This document shows positions 1 to 10,809 of a stretch of 64,000 bases of DNA, one piece after another (positions within the stretch are counted from its first letter, which is position 1; each line of letters starts with the position of its first letter). The notes under the pieces are model-generated. The model was not told the DNA's origin. It searched no databases and worked only from the letters and a program-made list of their open reading frames with translations. The stretch is from an uncultured delta proteobacterium (GTDB lineage: Bacteria > Desulfobacterota > Syntrophia > Syntrophales > UBA2185), in assembly GCA_963695875.1 (NCBI GenBank), contig CAVOID010000010.1, positions 1-64,000 of the forward strand, in the 5' to 3' direction. The position numbers and the translations under genes were made by a program.

Positions 1-45
1 GCAGACCATGGCCGACCGTCCGCCGGAGGCATACTACTCTTTCCT

Positions 46-500
46 GATGGGGAGATGCCCGGAGGTGAAGCGCGTCGTGACTCGTCGGGAAATTCTCGGG
101 GGGGTGCTCGGAACCCTCGGTCTCTGGCTCGGCGGCAAGGGGGCCCGCGCGGCGGCTGCGGGCGGGTGCCGAGTTTATCGAGCGCCTCGACCTGCCGAAG
201 AGCGAATGGAAGAAGCGGCTCTCGCCGGAGGCCTACGCCGTCCTCTCCGGACGGACACGGAGCGCCCGCGCTCGAGCCCGCTCGAGAAGGAGAAGCGGAC
301 GGGCAGCTACGTCTGCGCGGCGTGCCTGCTGCCGCTCTTCGAATCAGCCGCGAAGTTCGAGAGCGGCACGGGCTGGCCGAGCTTCTTCCGGCCCATCGAG
401 GGGCACGTAGCGACGAAGACGGACTACAGACTCCTGCTGCCGCGCACGGAGTACCACTGCGCGCGCTGCGGCGGGCACCAGGGCCACGTCTTCGACGACG
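46..500 (+). pseudogene. msrB: Peptide-methionine (R)-S-oxide reductase MsrB, truncated or chimeric at the 3' end
   Basis: YVCAACLLPLF..KFESGTGWPSF..EYHCARCGGHQGHVFDD; Tat-like TRREIL signal; similarity stops after GHVFDD and the catalytic RYCxN motif is missing. Confidence 0.85.
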
Positions 501-810
501 TGCGAACGGCGACGCGCTCGGGGACTTTGCAATCGAATCGATATCGGAACCCTTTCGAGGAGCGATCCTGGTTCGCGTTCGGAGAGGTCCGAACCGGGCG
601 GCATTCGAGCTCCGCCTTCACACCGAGGGGGCGCTGCCGGTGGCGTCCGCCGGAGAGATCGCGATTTCTGTCAGGCCGGAGCGAGGTGTTTCCCCCGGAA
701 GACCTGGCAATCGCAGCGAAGGCCCTCGCGGCACGCCTGGAAGGCTCCGCCGCGGCATCGAGCCCCCTACCAAGCTGACCACGCTTCCTTCGGGCGGCAT
801 CTCCCTCTGA

Positions 811-886
811 AGGGGCAAGGGGTAAGGGGCAAGGGGTAAGGGGTAAGATCCCCCCCTTTGCCCCTTGCCCCTTGCCCCTTGCCCCT
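811..886. repeat. Palindromic heptamer tandem repeat (AGGGGYA)x5 - spacer - (TTGCCCC)x4
   Basis: Directly visible in the sequence; the two arms are reverse complements. Confidence 0.9.
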
Positions 887-902
887 CTTATCGTTCACAC
901 GG

Positions 903-2737
903 ATGCGCACAGCCACCGTCGCCACCAACCGGCAGTGCAACCAGAACTGCGGGTTTTGCAATGCCAGGCGCCCCCATGACGACCGGGCATTCATCGATCC
1001 GGCGGCGGTGCGCACGCGGATCGATGCGGCGGTGCGCGACGGCGCGAGGGAAGTGGTGCTCAGCGGGGGCGAGCCCTTGCTGCGGCGCGACCTTGCAGCC
1101 CTTGTCGCCCACGCCCGCCGGTGCAGGCGCGGATGTCGTGGTGCTCGAAACCAATGCGACCCTGTGTTCGGCTGCCGCGGCGGCGGGGCTGAAGGCGGCG
1201 GGGCTCGATCGGGCCCGCGTCCACATGCCGGTCTGGGGCGACGGGGCCGATGCCATTTCCCGCGACGAAGGGGGCTTTCGGCGCGCGCTGGCGGGGCTTC
1301 GGGCGCTCGCCGCGGCAGGAATTGCGATTGAAATCTCACGCCAATCGTGCGGGACAACCTGCATCGCGTGGCGGAGATTCCCCCTCGATTGGCCGCCTCG
1401 GCTCTGCCCGTTAAGGCCATCGTGGTGGGTGTGCCCGTAGAGCACCGATGGGGAGGCTCTGGCCACGCTGGACCACGCAGCGCGGGCAATCGAAATGCTT
1501 AGAAGCGGCCGCCCGCAAGCTCGATCTGCGCGTGCGTTTCGCGCCTGGATCGCTCATTCCCCCGTGTTTGTTCGCTCGGCCATTGCGTATCGCGCACCTG
1601 TTCTCGCTCACTCAGGGTGGGGCGGTGCATCCCAACTACAGGCACCTGCAGGAGTGCTCCCGCTGCGTGGTGCAAGACCGCTGTCCCGGCGTGCCCCGAG
1701 CGGCCCTGAACCGCAATCCGGCCATGGCCGTCCGCCCCATCGAAGACGACCGGGCCCGGCGGCGGCTGTCGATCGTCTCGACCGTGGCGGAGCAGATCGA
1801 AAGCGAGCTCGTGACGCGGGACATACGCCGCCTGAAGGATGGATCGACGCAGCGCGAGCACCTCGTGCGGGTGAATTTCCACTGCAATCAGGCGTGCCGC
1901 TTCTGCTTCGTGTCGACGCACCTGCCGGCCGCTCGCGAGGCCGTCGAGGCTGCGATTACCGGGATTGCCGCGCAGGGTGGGGTGCTCACGCTCTCCGGTG
2001 GCGAGCCGACGCTCAATGCGCGGCTCGTCGATTGGGTGCGTCTGGGCAAGCGGCGGGGCGGCGGCGAGATCGAGCTGCAGACGAATGCCGTGCGCCTCTG
2101 CGATCCGGCGTTCACGCGGTCGCTCGTCGAGGCCGGCGTCGATGTCGCCCTCGTGTCGCTCCATGCCTCCGATGCGGAGATCCCGATTTCGGACGCAGGC
2201 GCCTGGCACCTTCGCGAAAACGGTTGCCGGCATCGATGAGCTGGTCGCACGCGCGTCCTCGTGCGGCTCAACTTCGTCATCTGCGAGGCAATCGGCGGAT
2301 TTTGCCGACTTCGTCGACTTCGTCGCAGCGCGGTGGCCACGGGCGACGGCGATCGTGCTCGTTCGTCGCTCCGTCGACCGACCTGGTGCCGCGCGACCGC
2401 GCCATGATCCCGCGGTACACCGACGTGATGCCGGTCCTCGCCGGCGGGATCCGGCGGCGCGGCGGCTGGGCATTGCGCCTGCACGGCTCGAGTCGATGTG
2501 CGGGGTACCGCTGTGTCTGGTGCCGGATGACCTGGCGGAATTCTTGCCTTGCCGGAGATCGTGCCCGGAATCGACCGGGGTGAATTCCGCAAAACCGAAG
2601 TCTGCTCGAATTGCGCGCTCGATCGCCGTTGCTTCGGGATACGGCGAGGCTACGCAGATTTGCACGGCGTGGGTGAGCTCGTGCCCGTCCCCGGAGGGAG
2701 TACCCGATCGAGGGCCTTCTCACCCACACCGGATTGA
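903..2737 (+). CDS. Tandem (two-domain) radical SAM protein, multiply frameshifted
   Basis: CNQNCGFC..SGGEP..ETNA and CNQACRFC..SGGEP..QTNA, each followed by CxxCx5C (CSRCVVQDRC; CSNCALDRRC); pieces lie in ORFs 858, 865, 1448, 1495, 1965 and 2549. Confidence 0.75.
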
Positions 2738-4490
2738 GGGCGGCCTTGGCGGGGGAGGATCAGACGATGGCCCTACCGGGCCGAGACCCGCGCGATGGCT
2801 GGCGCCGCGGCGGTCCGCCTCATGATTGTGCTCGCTCCGATGACAATGACCTGTGGGGGGCCGGGCGAACTTCTTGGTCTGGGGCGAGCCTCGACATAGC
2901 CTTGTCGCCAATGAGTTCCTTCGACGATTCACCCGCTGCACCATCGGAGCCCACGGCCAAGCCGGCGGCTCGTCTCGCGGGGGGCGCCTTCATCGACGTC
3001 TTGCGCGCCGGCCTGCAGGTCGCCGGCGTCGGCCTCGCCTGGGTTGCCGTCTCTGAGAGGTTGCTCGCGGGCTCGGAGCGCAGCCGAGCGGGAGACCTCG
3101 CGCCGTTCATCGCGGTCACGCTGGTGTGCGTCGCCGTGGCGACGTGGTTCGGTTTCCCCGAGCGCCCGAAGGGTCTTCGGGGCTTTCTGCTTCGCTTCGG
3201 CGCGGTGGCCCTGTGCGGTGTCGCCACGGCGGCCGGCGCAGCCATCGGCTTCGCAAACGCATTGAGCCCCGGCCAGAGCAACGCCAGAGCCGCCGCTTGC
3301 GTGGCCATCGGCTTGTCGATCACGGCGCTCGGCGTCTGGCCGCGCCGTTCGGCGACGGGCGCGCGCTCGGGCGCCCTCGCGGACGCGTGTGTCGGCGGGG
3401 GGCTGCTCGTCTTGCCTGCGCTCGCGGGCGCGGCGTACGTCGAGCGGTGGCGCGGCTGGGCGCTCGGTTCCTTCGCCGCGGCGAGCCCTCGCGCCGGTTC
3501 CTCCGGGATCGCTTTGGCGGTCGTGCTCGGGCTGGCGACGGTCGTCTCGCTGGCTCTGGCCGTGTGGCTTGCGCGCAGCCCCCATCGTGGCCGGTGGATC
3601 GCCTTCATCGCGCCGGCCGTCGCGCTTCTTGGGGGTGTTTGCGTGGATGCGCTTGGTGCTCGCCGCCGAGGACGGTCCCGTCCGCGCGGGTGCGACGTAT
3701 GCCGGCGTGGTCGACGGGCGTACCGCAGCGCTCGCCAAGGTCTCGCTCGGCGCCTGTGCGGGCGCGCTCTTCTCGGCGATCCTGCTCGCGGTGGGCGCGA
3801 TCGCGCTCGGTGCCCGCGCGTTCCGCCGAGCGCCGCAGAGGGCCGGCGAGCGGAGGGGGGTTGCGGTCTTCGCCGCGCTCGCGGCCACGCCGGGGGTCTA
3901 TGCGATCTTGATGCTCGTCCGGGTCGGCGATCTGTCCACCGACGAGCGGCTGAGCACGTTCGTCGCTGCCGTGCCCGCCGCTCTCGCCACGGTCGGCGTA
4001 TGGCTGGCAGCCGCCGGCGCGGACGACCCGGAGGGTGAGCGCGCCGCGGAGGCCGGCGCCGATGTCCTCGTGGCTGCCGGCTGCGCCCTGGGCGCGCTCG
4101 CGCTCGCCGCCCTCGGTAGGACGCTCGTCGCCGATCTGCCGGGGCCGGATGCCCCCTTCCAATGGCACGAGGTCGGGCCGGTCCTGGACCTTGTCCATCG
4201 TGAAACGGTGCTCGCCACGTCGGTGCACGCGCTCCCGGTCGTGATCGCGGCGCTCGTCGCGTTCCCGCCGCGGCGGTGGCGCGCCGCCTTTGCGCGCGCG
4301 TCGGTCGGGCTTGCGGGCGTGGTCCTCCTCGCCGGCTTGCCGGCGTCGCTCCTCCGGTCGCAAGTGTCTTCCGCGGCCGGCGAGCTCCACGCGCCGTGGA
4401 CGCGCCACGTGCCGCCGGGCGTCTCGCTGCCCGAGCTCTCACGGATCCGAAGGGGGCTGCGACATCGTCCTCGACGACCTTTCTTTTGGG
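2734..4490 (+). CDS. Ala/Gly-rich multi-pass membrane protein, frameshifted, function unknown
   Basis: Many hydrophobic segments in ORF 2734..4038, continuing in ORF 3389..4495; start and end uncertain. Confidence 0.5.
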
Positions 4491-4491
4491 G

Positions 4492-5000
4492 GTGATGATC
4501 GACCCGCTCGCCGAAGACCCTCAGCGGCGTTTCAAGATGCTCTATGTGGCTAGACCTACAGGCCGAGCGAGTTCGCTTTCGACACGCGTCGCTTATTCGA
4601 AGGATGGGATTGTTTGGAGGCAGGAGCCGACCAACCCCGTAATCCCGTTCAGCGACCACCAAGTGGCACCGTATTGGGACGCGCAGGGTAGGACATTTTG
4701 TGGCCTATCTGCGGTTCGGCCCTCCCAACATCCGGCATATCAGCCGGATCGAAAGCGAAGACTTCATCCACTGGTCGCCCAAGGTCACGGTAGTGAAGCC
4801 CTCCAAGCTTGACGAGCCTTTTTCGACCTGTTTCTACGGCATGCCGGCCATGCCGTACGAGGGCTGTCATCGGTCTGTTGAACACCTACCACGGCGAAAC
4901 CATCCAGCCGATCCCGCCGGACAAGTTGTGGATGGACCGGCTCGACGTGCAACTGGTCTTCAGCCGCGACGGGCGTCACTTGGCAGCGGGTTCTCAGGGA
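4492..5000 (+). pseudogene. Internal fragment of a five-bladed beta-propeller glycoside-hydrolase-like protein
   Basis: DPQRRFKMLY, AYSKDGIVW, ESEDFIHW, QLVFSRDG (SxDxxxW-type repeats) spread over three frames; no clear start or stop. Confidence 0.55.
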
Positions 5001-5138
5001 TGAATCGGTCCGGTGAGATAAATGTTTTTTAACGCAGTAAAATGCCAGCATTGGCGGCGATCTAAAATACCGAAAGATAAGAATGTTGTTGCGTGGACTT
5101 ATTAGTTAGAGATTTAATTGTACAGGTATCGAACAATC

Positions 5139-5813
5139 ATGGCTCTGCCTGAAGTAAAGATAGAAAATCTATTCGAGCCCGCTAAGTCAGCGTTTGATAC
5201 CGGCAATTATCAAGAAGCGTATGATTACTTCACAAAAATACTGGCATACGATTCAGAAAATTATGAAGCATATTTAGGCAAAGGATTATCTGCCGGATGG
5301 CTTTCAACAATCGCGCAGAATAGAATTGGTGAAGCTACGCAAGGGTTTTTAAAGGCTATTGGTTATTCTCCCGAAGATAAAAAAGAAGAAGTTATAAAGC
5401 ACGGGTTAAGTTTAATTCTGGATTTGATATCAACTTACTATAAACAATTAAAAGCCTATGTTGAGGATGCCCTTTTGCGAGTTAAGGGCCCTCTTACGAA
5501 TTCCCGAGTGAGGACTGATGTTATTAATGACCTGGGTGATACATACTACAGGAGGTTAAGAGAACTGGTATTAGAACTGAATGAACTATCTCCTTTATTG
5601 CCTGATAGTGAAAGAATCAAATCAAAAAAGATGATTGTTTTTCTATGTAAGGAAGGGATTAATTATAAGAAATTGAATCCGCTGCAGCATGAAAGATCAT
5701 TCCTGAGAAATTTGATTGAGATATGCGATTATGAGATCAAGGAATACGATCTTTCTTGTAAGCTAAAAGAAGAAAACCCCCTTGAAAGAGAAAAATCGAT
5801 CGTAAATTTGTAA
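5139..5813 (+). CDS. Tetratricopeptide-repeat-containing protein
   Basis: AFDTGNYQEAYDYFTKILAYDSENYEAYLGKG TPR pattern. Confidence 0.7.
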   Translation: MALPEVKIENLFEPAKSAFDTGNYQEAYDYFTKILAYDSENYEAYLGKGLSAGWLSTIAQNRIGEATQGFLKAIGYSPEDKKEEVIKHGLSLILDLISTYYKQLKAYVEDALLRVKGPLTNSRVRTDVINDLGDTYYRRLRELVLELNELSPLLPDSERIKSKKMIVFLCKEGINYKKLNPLQHERSFLRNLIEICDYEIKEYDLSCKLKEENPLEREKSIVNL

Positions 5814-6016
5814 ACGGAGATTCGTCACACGCCAGGGGGCAAGCATTCATATATTCCGATCTGGTTATTGTCTGTGTAGAAACTGTATGGAAAACATTGA
5901 GGGATCCGATTTATCCTCACCATTATCAATATCTGAGTTACTGACCTGCGTCAAAGTTACGGTAGGCGCGTCCTTAACAAGGCTCGTTGATTCTGTCTGT
6001 GCTGAAATAAAAGTTT

Positions 6017-6469
6017 ATGAGAATTTCTGTAATCATAATCTGCTTTGTATTTATTTGTTGTATCGGTATGGCCGCGGCCGCGGAACAGAGGGCAGGATTC
6101 GTGAAAAATGTTTCCGGGGAGGCATTCATCGAGCGCAATAAAGTCATAACGGCCGCCAAGGTTAAAGACGAGTTGATGGAGAACGATATCCTCGTTACGG
6201 GCCGCAACGGATCTATGGGGGTCATCCTGCAGGACAACAGCGTCATGTCTATTGGCTCCAATACCCATCTTGCCATTTCGAAATTCGTATTCGAACCTGC
6301 CGATGAAAAACTTTCTTTTACTGCACAGATTGAAAAAGGCACAGTGGTTTACCTCACCGGTCTCATTGCCAAACTGAACCATAGCGGCGTAAAATTCGAT
6401 ACTCCTACAGCCGTGTGCGGTATCCGCGGGACGCATTTCGCCATCAAGGTTGAAGGTCCGGGGCTCTGA
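6017..6469 (+). CDS. Secreted FecR-domain protein
   Basis: Signal peptide; DILVTGRNGSMGVILQDNS..TPTAVCGIRGT. Confidence 0.85.
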   Translation: MRISVIIICFVFICCIGMAAAAEQRAGFVKNVSGEAFIERNKVITAAKVKDELMENDILVTGRNGSMGVILQDNSVMSIGSNTHLAISKFVFEPADEKLSFTAQIEKGTVVYLTGLIAKLNHSGVKFDTPTAVCGIRGTHFAIKVEGPGL

Positions 6470-6543
6470 TTATTCATGGGACAAGAAAGCTTGTTTTTTA
6501 CCGCCGCATTGCAAAGTGCGGCACGTCATGGGAAACAGCAGCG

Positions 6544-7164
6544 ATGAGATATAAGCTACTCCTGAGAATACAGAAGATCATCCCGCCTCTTGTGCTTTTG
6601 GCGCTCCTGATGTCCGGATGTGCTTCCACGACTCAAGTGGTTATTCTGCCGGATCCTGACGGTAAAGTGGGAAGCCTTGAAGTTTCAAATGTAAAGGGCA
6701 CACAGACACTCAACCAGGCCTGGCAGGCCACAGAATCCGCAAGTACGGACAGGGCGCCGAGCGCACCGAAAGTCCTGGAAGAAAAGCAGGTTCGACAAGT
6801 ATTTCGTGAAGCCCTGGAGGCGGCGCCCATCCCGCCGGTGAGCTTTATCATATATTTCAAGAAAGACAGTTCTGCGCTTTCACACGAGTCGCTCGCATTA
6901 TTGACCAAAGTCATAGATGCAATCCATACCCGGAAATCGACAGATATTATCATCAGTGGCTACACCGATGCTGCTGGGCCCATCGATTACGACCGCCGTC
7001 TTTCCCTTCAACGTGCCAAAGCCGTAGCGGACATTCTTGTTGCCAAGGGCACAGATCGGCAAAACATTCATGTATCCTATCACGGCAAGAGTAATCCCCT
7101 CGTTCCTACCCCCGACGGAGTACCGGAACCCCGGAACCGCCGGGTTGAGATAACAGTCCGTTGA
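6544..7164 (+). CDS. OmpA-family lipoprotein
   Basis: Lipobox MSGC; GYTDAAG..LSLQRAKAV..NRRVEI. Confidence 0.9.
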   Translation: MRYKLLLRIQKIIPPLVLLALLMSGCASTTQVVILPDPDGKVGSLEVSNVKGTQTLNQAWQATESASTDRAPSAPKVLEEKQVRQVFREALEAAPIPPVSFIIYFKKDSSALSHESLALLTKVIDAIHTRKSTDIIISGYTDAAGPIDYDRRLSLQRAKAVADILVAKGTDRQNIHVSYHGKSNPLVPTPDGVPEPRNRRVEITVR

Positions 7165-7824
7165 ATTTCAAAAAAAGTCCCCCGAACATTTCGTTCAGCA
7201 TGAAACAATCATAATCAAGACAGGCCTGTAAATATTGCGTGCTTTGGCTGAAACTCGTTTGGGGCGTGACTTCCTGCAGTAAGTGAAAATGATATCTCCT
7301 TCCATATGCCAACTTTGCGTTGATGTTGACATCAGCGGAGGCGATTGCATGGAACAAGAAATGTGCAGAGCAATTTTCTCTCACCCTAATTAGTAGCAAG
7401 ACGAGTGTCGTGGAAGACATGTACCAGTTGGAGTCAGTTCTCAGGAATGCCAGTTGGGTCATTGTTATGCATTCCTTCGGCCACTTGCGCCATAACTATA
7501 GTATTCAGACACGCAGACATTGGACACAGGAAGTCGAGTACCCTTCTTTCAAGCTGAGTGCCCCGCACCTATCACGCATAACAAGAAAATAGCTTCCTGG
7601 CATGCCTAGGAAAAATTTCTACATTGTAATCACTAACTACCCTGTTGTAAGTATACAGTGCAATGGTGGCCTGCAAAAATATTTTTCAATAATGGATGAT
7701 AAATAGCCATACTCTAACTTTAATTGTGGTAAAGATAATGACGGCAGATTAATAACCCGTGGTCTTTGATTCCGGATGTTGGCATCTTCTTCTGTAACTT
7801 TGCAAACGCGCACAAGGAGGGCTT

Positions 7825-8880
7825 ATGAAAAAGTTATTGCACCGATGCGGATTTCTACGCAGTCGCAAGTGTCAACTTGTACGCGGGACTCTTTGCATGG
7901 CATTTCTGTTTTTCTTTGCGGTCACGACACATGCGGATGTGCCTAAGAGCATCGATGAATGCGCGAAAATTGAGGACAGCGCGATACGACTGAAATGTTA
8001 CGACGAGCTGGCCGGGCGCAAGGAAACCCCAAGCAAACCAACGAGTACGGCCGCTTCCGAAACAAAGCCTGGTTCGCAAACCAAAGTTTCATATCTGGAA
8101 CGGCTATGGGAACTGGACAAAGAGTCCCGGAAAGGTAAATTTGCCATATCACCTCACCGGTCGAACTACATCCTTCCCATCACATATGTCGAGTCGCCGA
8201 ACGAGCAGGCCATAAAGAAGGCTAATCCTGATAAAGAACTTAAAAACGCGGAGGTGGCTTATCAGATCAGCTTCAAGGCGAAGATGTGGCAGGACATCTT
8301 TGGACAAAATATGGATCTATGGGTTGCTTACACGCAGCGATCGTTCTGGCAATTTTACAATTACGCAGACTCCTCACCTTTTCGCGAAACCAACTACGAA
8401 CCGGAGATTCTTCTGAACTTCCGCACGGACTATGATCTGCTCTGGCTGAAGAACCGTTTCATTAACGTGGGCATAAACCACCAGTCCAACGGCCAGTCAG
8501 AACCCCTGTCGAGAAGCTGGAACCGTGCCGTCGCGAATTTCGGGTTCGAAAGAGACAACCTCGCCCTGATCCTGAAAACATGGTACAGGTTTCCGGAGAG
8601 TGCCGAAAATGACGATAATTCAGACATCGAGAACTATCTTGGATACGGTGAACTCTGGGCATATTATTTTTGGAAGGGTAACAGATTCGGCGTAATGGCT
8701 CGAAACAACTTAAACTTCAGCACGAATCGTGGCGCCATACAACTTGAATGGAGCTTCCCGCTCTTGGAGCGAATAGGCGGATACATTCAGTACTTTAATG
8801 GCTACGGCGAGAGCATGCTCGATTACAACCACAACATCAACCGCATCGGAATCGGTTTTGTCATCAAAGACTGGGAATGA
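7825..8880 (+). CDS. pldA: Outer membrane phospholipase A1
   Basis: SSPFRETNYEPE, HQSNG catalytic motif, SRSWNR, GYGESMLDYN. Confidence 0.92.
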   Translation: MKKLLHRCGFLRSRKCQLVRGTLCMAFLFFFAVTTHADVPKSIDECAKIEDSAIRLKCYDELAGRKETPSKPTSTAASETKPGSQTKVSYLERLWELDKESRKGKFAISPHRSNYILPITYVESPNEQAIKKANPDKELKNAEVAYQISFKAKMWQDIFGQNMDLWVAYTQRSFWQFYNYADSSPFRETNYEPEILLNFRTDYDLLWLKNRFINVGINHQSNGQSEPLSRSWNRAVANFGFERDNLALILKTWYRFPESAENDDNSDIENYLGYGELWAYYFWKGNRFGVMARNNLNFSTNRGAIQLEWSFPLLERIGGYIQYFNGYGESMLDYNHNINRIGIGFVIKDWE

Positions 8881-9178
8881 ACATGAATTTTTTCTCACGA
8901 GGCTGAATGATTTAAAAAAAAGCAGGTTGTTAAAGATCTGCCTTCCGCTTGTAGTCTTTAGTTTTCGTCATGTTGTGGCTACCAACAGTAGTAGGTGCAA
9001 TGAACGTTACCCTATTTACCGCTTCCTTGCTTGTAATGATGCATCTCAAATTTTCCACGACCCTGCACTCTTCCAATCGGTAATCAATAAATCAGGAAAC
9101 AAAAAGATCGCTAAATAAATGAGCTTGAAACTGGTAAGTGATATTGAAGAGAAACTCTAATTTTGGATAATCTCATGA

Positions 9179-9664
9179 TTAACGATAAGTATCAATAGGG
9201 GGAGTATATACGATGACTCTCCTTTCACCTGTGATCTCAACGGTCATGGTGAGCCCCATGATAGAAAACCAATCGCCGATTTTTCTTCCGCGGTTATCAA
9301 AAATATCGAAGCCATGGAGCGTTAAGATCTGTTCCGCTGATTTGCTTTGCATATTCTGCACAAGCTCCTTCATACTTTGGGAGACGAAATCCTTTTTCTT
9401 CCACAAATCCGATTCCAAGGTCCATGTCTTGTCGATTCCAATAATGGCATTTGGATAAGTATCGGAACCGCTGATATAATAATTTAGATTAGGGTCAACT
9501 GTAAAACATTCGTAGGCTGCGGTAACCTCTCTGCTTGGCCTTATTTTTCCATAACTCGCACCAACTCGCCATATAACTATAATTAAAGCAATAACTATAC
9601 TCCCAACAACGATCAAAATTCGTATATCCATGTCAGCTTTTACCATGTTGAATTTACTCGTCAT
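9179..9664 (-). CDS. Hypothetical membrane-anchored protein
   Basis: 161-aa ORF with one N-terminal TM helix; YYISGSDTYPNAIIGI. Confidence 0.65.
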   Translation of the reverse strand: MTSKFNMVKADMDIRILIVVGSIVIALIIVIWRVGASYGKIRPSREVTAAYECFTVDPNLNYYISGSDTYPNAIIGIDKTWTLESDLWKKKDFVSQSMKELVQNMQSKSAEQILTLHGFDIFDNRGRKIGDWFSIMGLTMTVEITGERRVIVYTPPIDTYR

Positions 9665-9875
9665 ATTAAAGGCAAAAAAAGATTGTGTAAAGGGATAATA
9701 TTAATTTGTGACGATTTATCATTTGGATAAATTTCTTCCTGAAAGAAGTAGGCCGATAGTGTTATCCTTATTGTAGATTTCAAAAGATAATGGTAGCAAG
9801 TAAGGTATACTTCAATCTGAAATTATCAAAGAACATTGCGACGAGGGTGACTCCGGTTAAGTAGGGAGATTTATC

Positions 9876-10646
9876 ATGAGAAAAATATTTGTTATTTTGT
9901 TTTACCTCTTAGTTGTTGCTACCTTAATAAACTGTGGGATACCTAATCGAACGAAATCTTCATACGATTCTTCGAGAACAACATACAGAATTGCCCAAGC
10001 CAGTTACGATATATTCCTTATCTCTGTCGATAGACCAGATGAGGCAGAAAAGATGTACGGAGAGCAAAGAATTAAAACAGTCATTGAGGAAGGAATTTCG
10101 AGATCATACTTTGAGGATGGGATGGTAAGAGTCGAATGGCGGCCGACATCTGACGATATTGGTTTTATTATCTATAACAAAATGTATGATTCAATGAAAA
10201 TTGTTTGGGATGAAGCGAGATTCTTTGATGAAGAGGGAAACATACACAGATTAATACATTCTGGAATTGGCTACGAAGAAAGAAAGGATTCACATCCTCC
10301 CACAATTATTGCCGCAAGAGGAAATCTTGAAGATTTCATACATCCGGCAGATTATTTCCGTCGAGAAGAAAGCTCTGGCAAAAGATCATATAAACAACAA
10401 GATTATTGGAATAGAGCACCGTTCCTGCCTACTCAGATTAAAGGAACCGCAGAAGAATTAAGGGCGAAGGCTGAACCAATTGTAGGTAAAACGTTTCAAG
10501 TGATTCTTCCCTTGCAGATTGGCAATGTTCGGAGTGATTATATTTACACCTTTAAGATCAATAGGGTAGATGTGACCGAGAAGGAACAAAGGATCGAAAA
10601 GAATTCGAAGGAAGGGAAAGGAAGCGGGAGAAACGGCAGAAGGTGA
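9876..10646 (+). CDS. Hypothetical lipoprotein
   Basis: GGGAG RBS; signal peptide ending LINC; 256 aa. Confidence 0.7.
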   Translation: MRKIFVILFYLLVVATLINCGIPNRTKSSYDSSRTTYRIAQASYDIFLISVDRPDEAEKMYGEQRIKTVIEEGISRSYFEDGMVRVEWRPTSDDIGFIIYNKMYDSMKIVWDEARFFDEEGNIHRLIHSGIGYEERKDSHPPTIIAARGNLEDFIHPADYFRREESSGKRSYKQQDYWNRAPFLPTQIKGTAEELRAKAEPIVGKTFQVILPLQIGNVRSDYIYTFKINRVDVTEKEQRIEKNSKEGKGSGRNGRR

Positions 10647-10809
10647 ATATTCTGAGGACATTTACAACTGCGCGAAATTGTGAATTAAGGTAAGGTAATC
10701 AAAATATTTCAATGACATTAGAAATAGAGGGCAGCATAGTTTTAGGGCAGTCAATTTATCAATTGCTACATCTCATTGACATAAATAGATGGAATTGCGA
10801 GAAGCAATT

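Noticed and set aside
1495..4662. Long overlapping ORFs on both strands
   Set aside because: Arg/Pro/Ala-rich shadow frames expected at very high GC.
7320..7592. 90-aa ORF between ompA and pldA
   Set aside because: No RBS or recognisable motif; cannot be supported.
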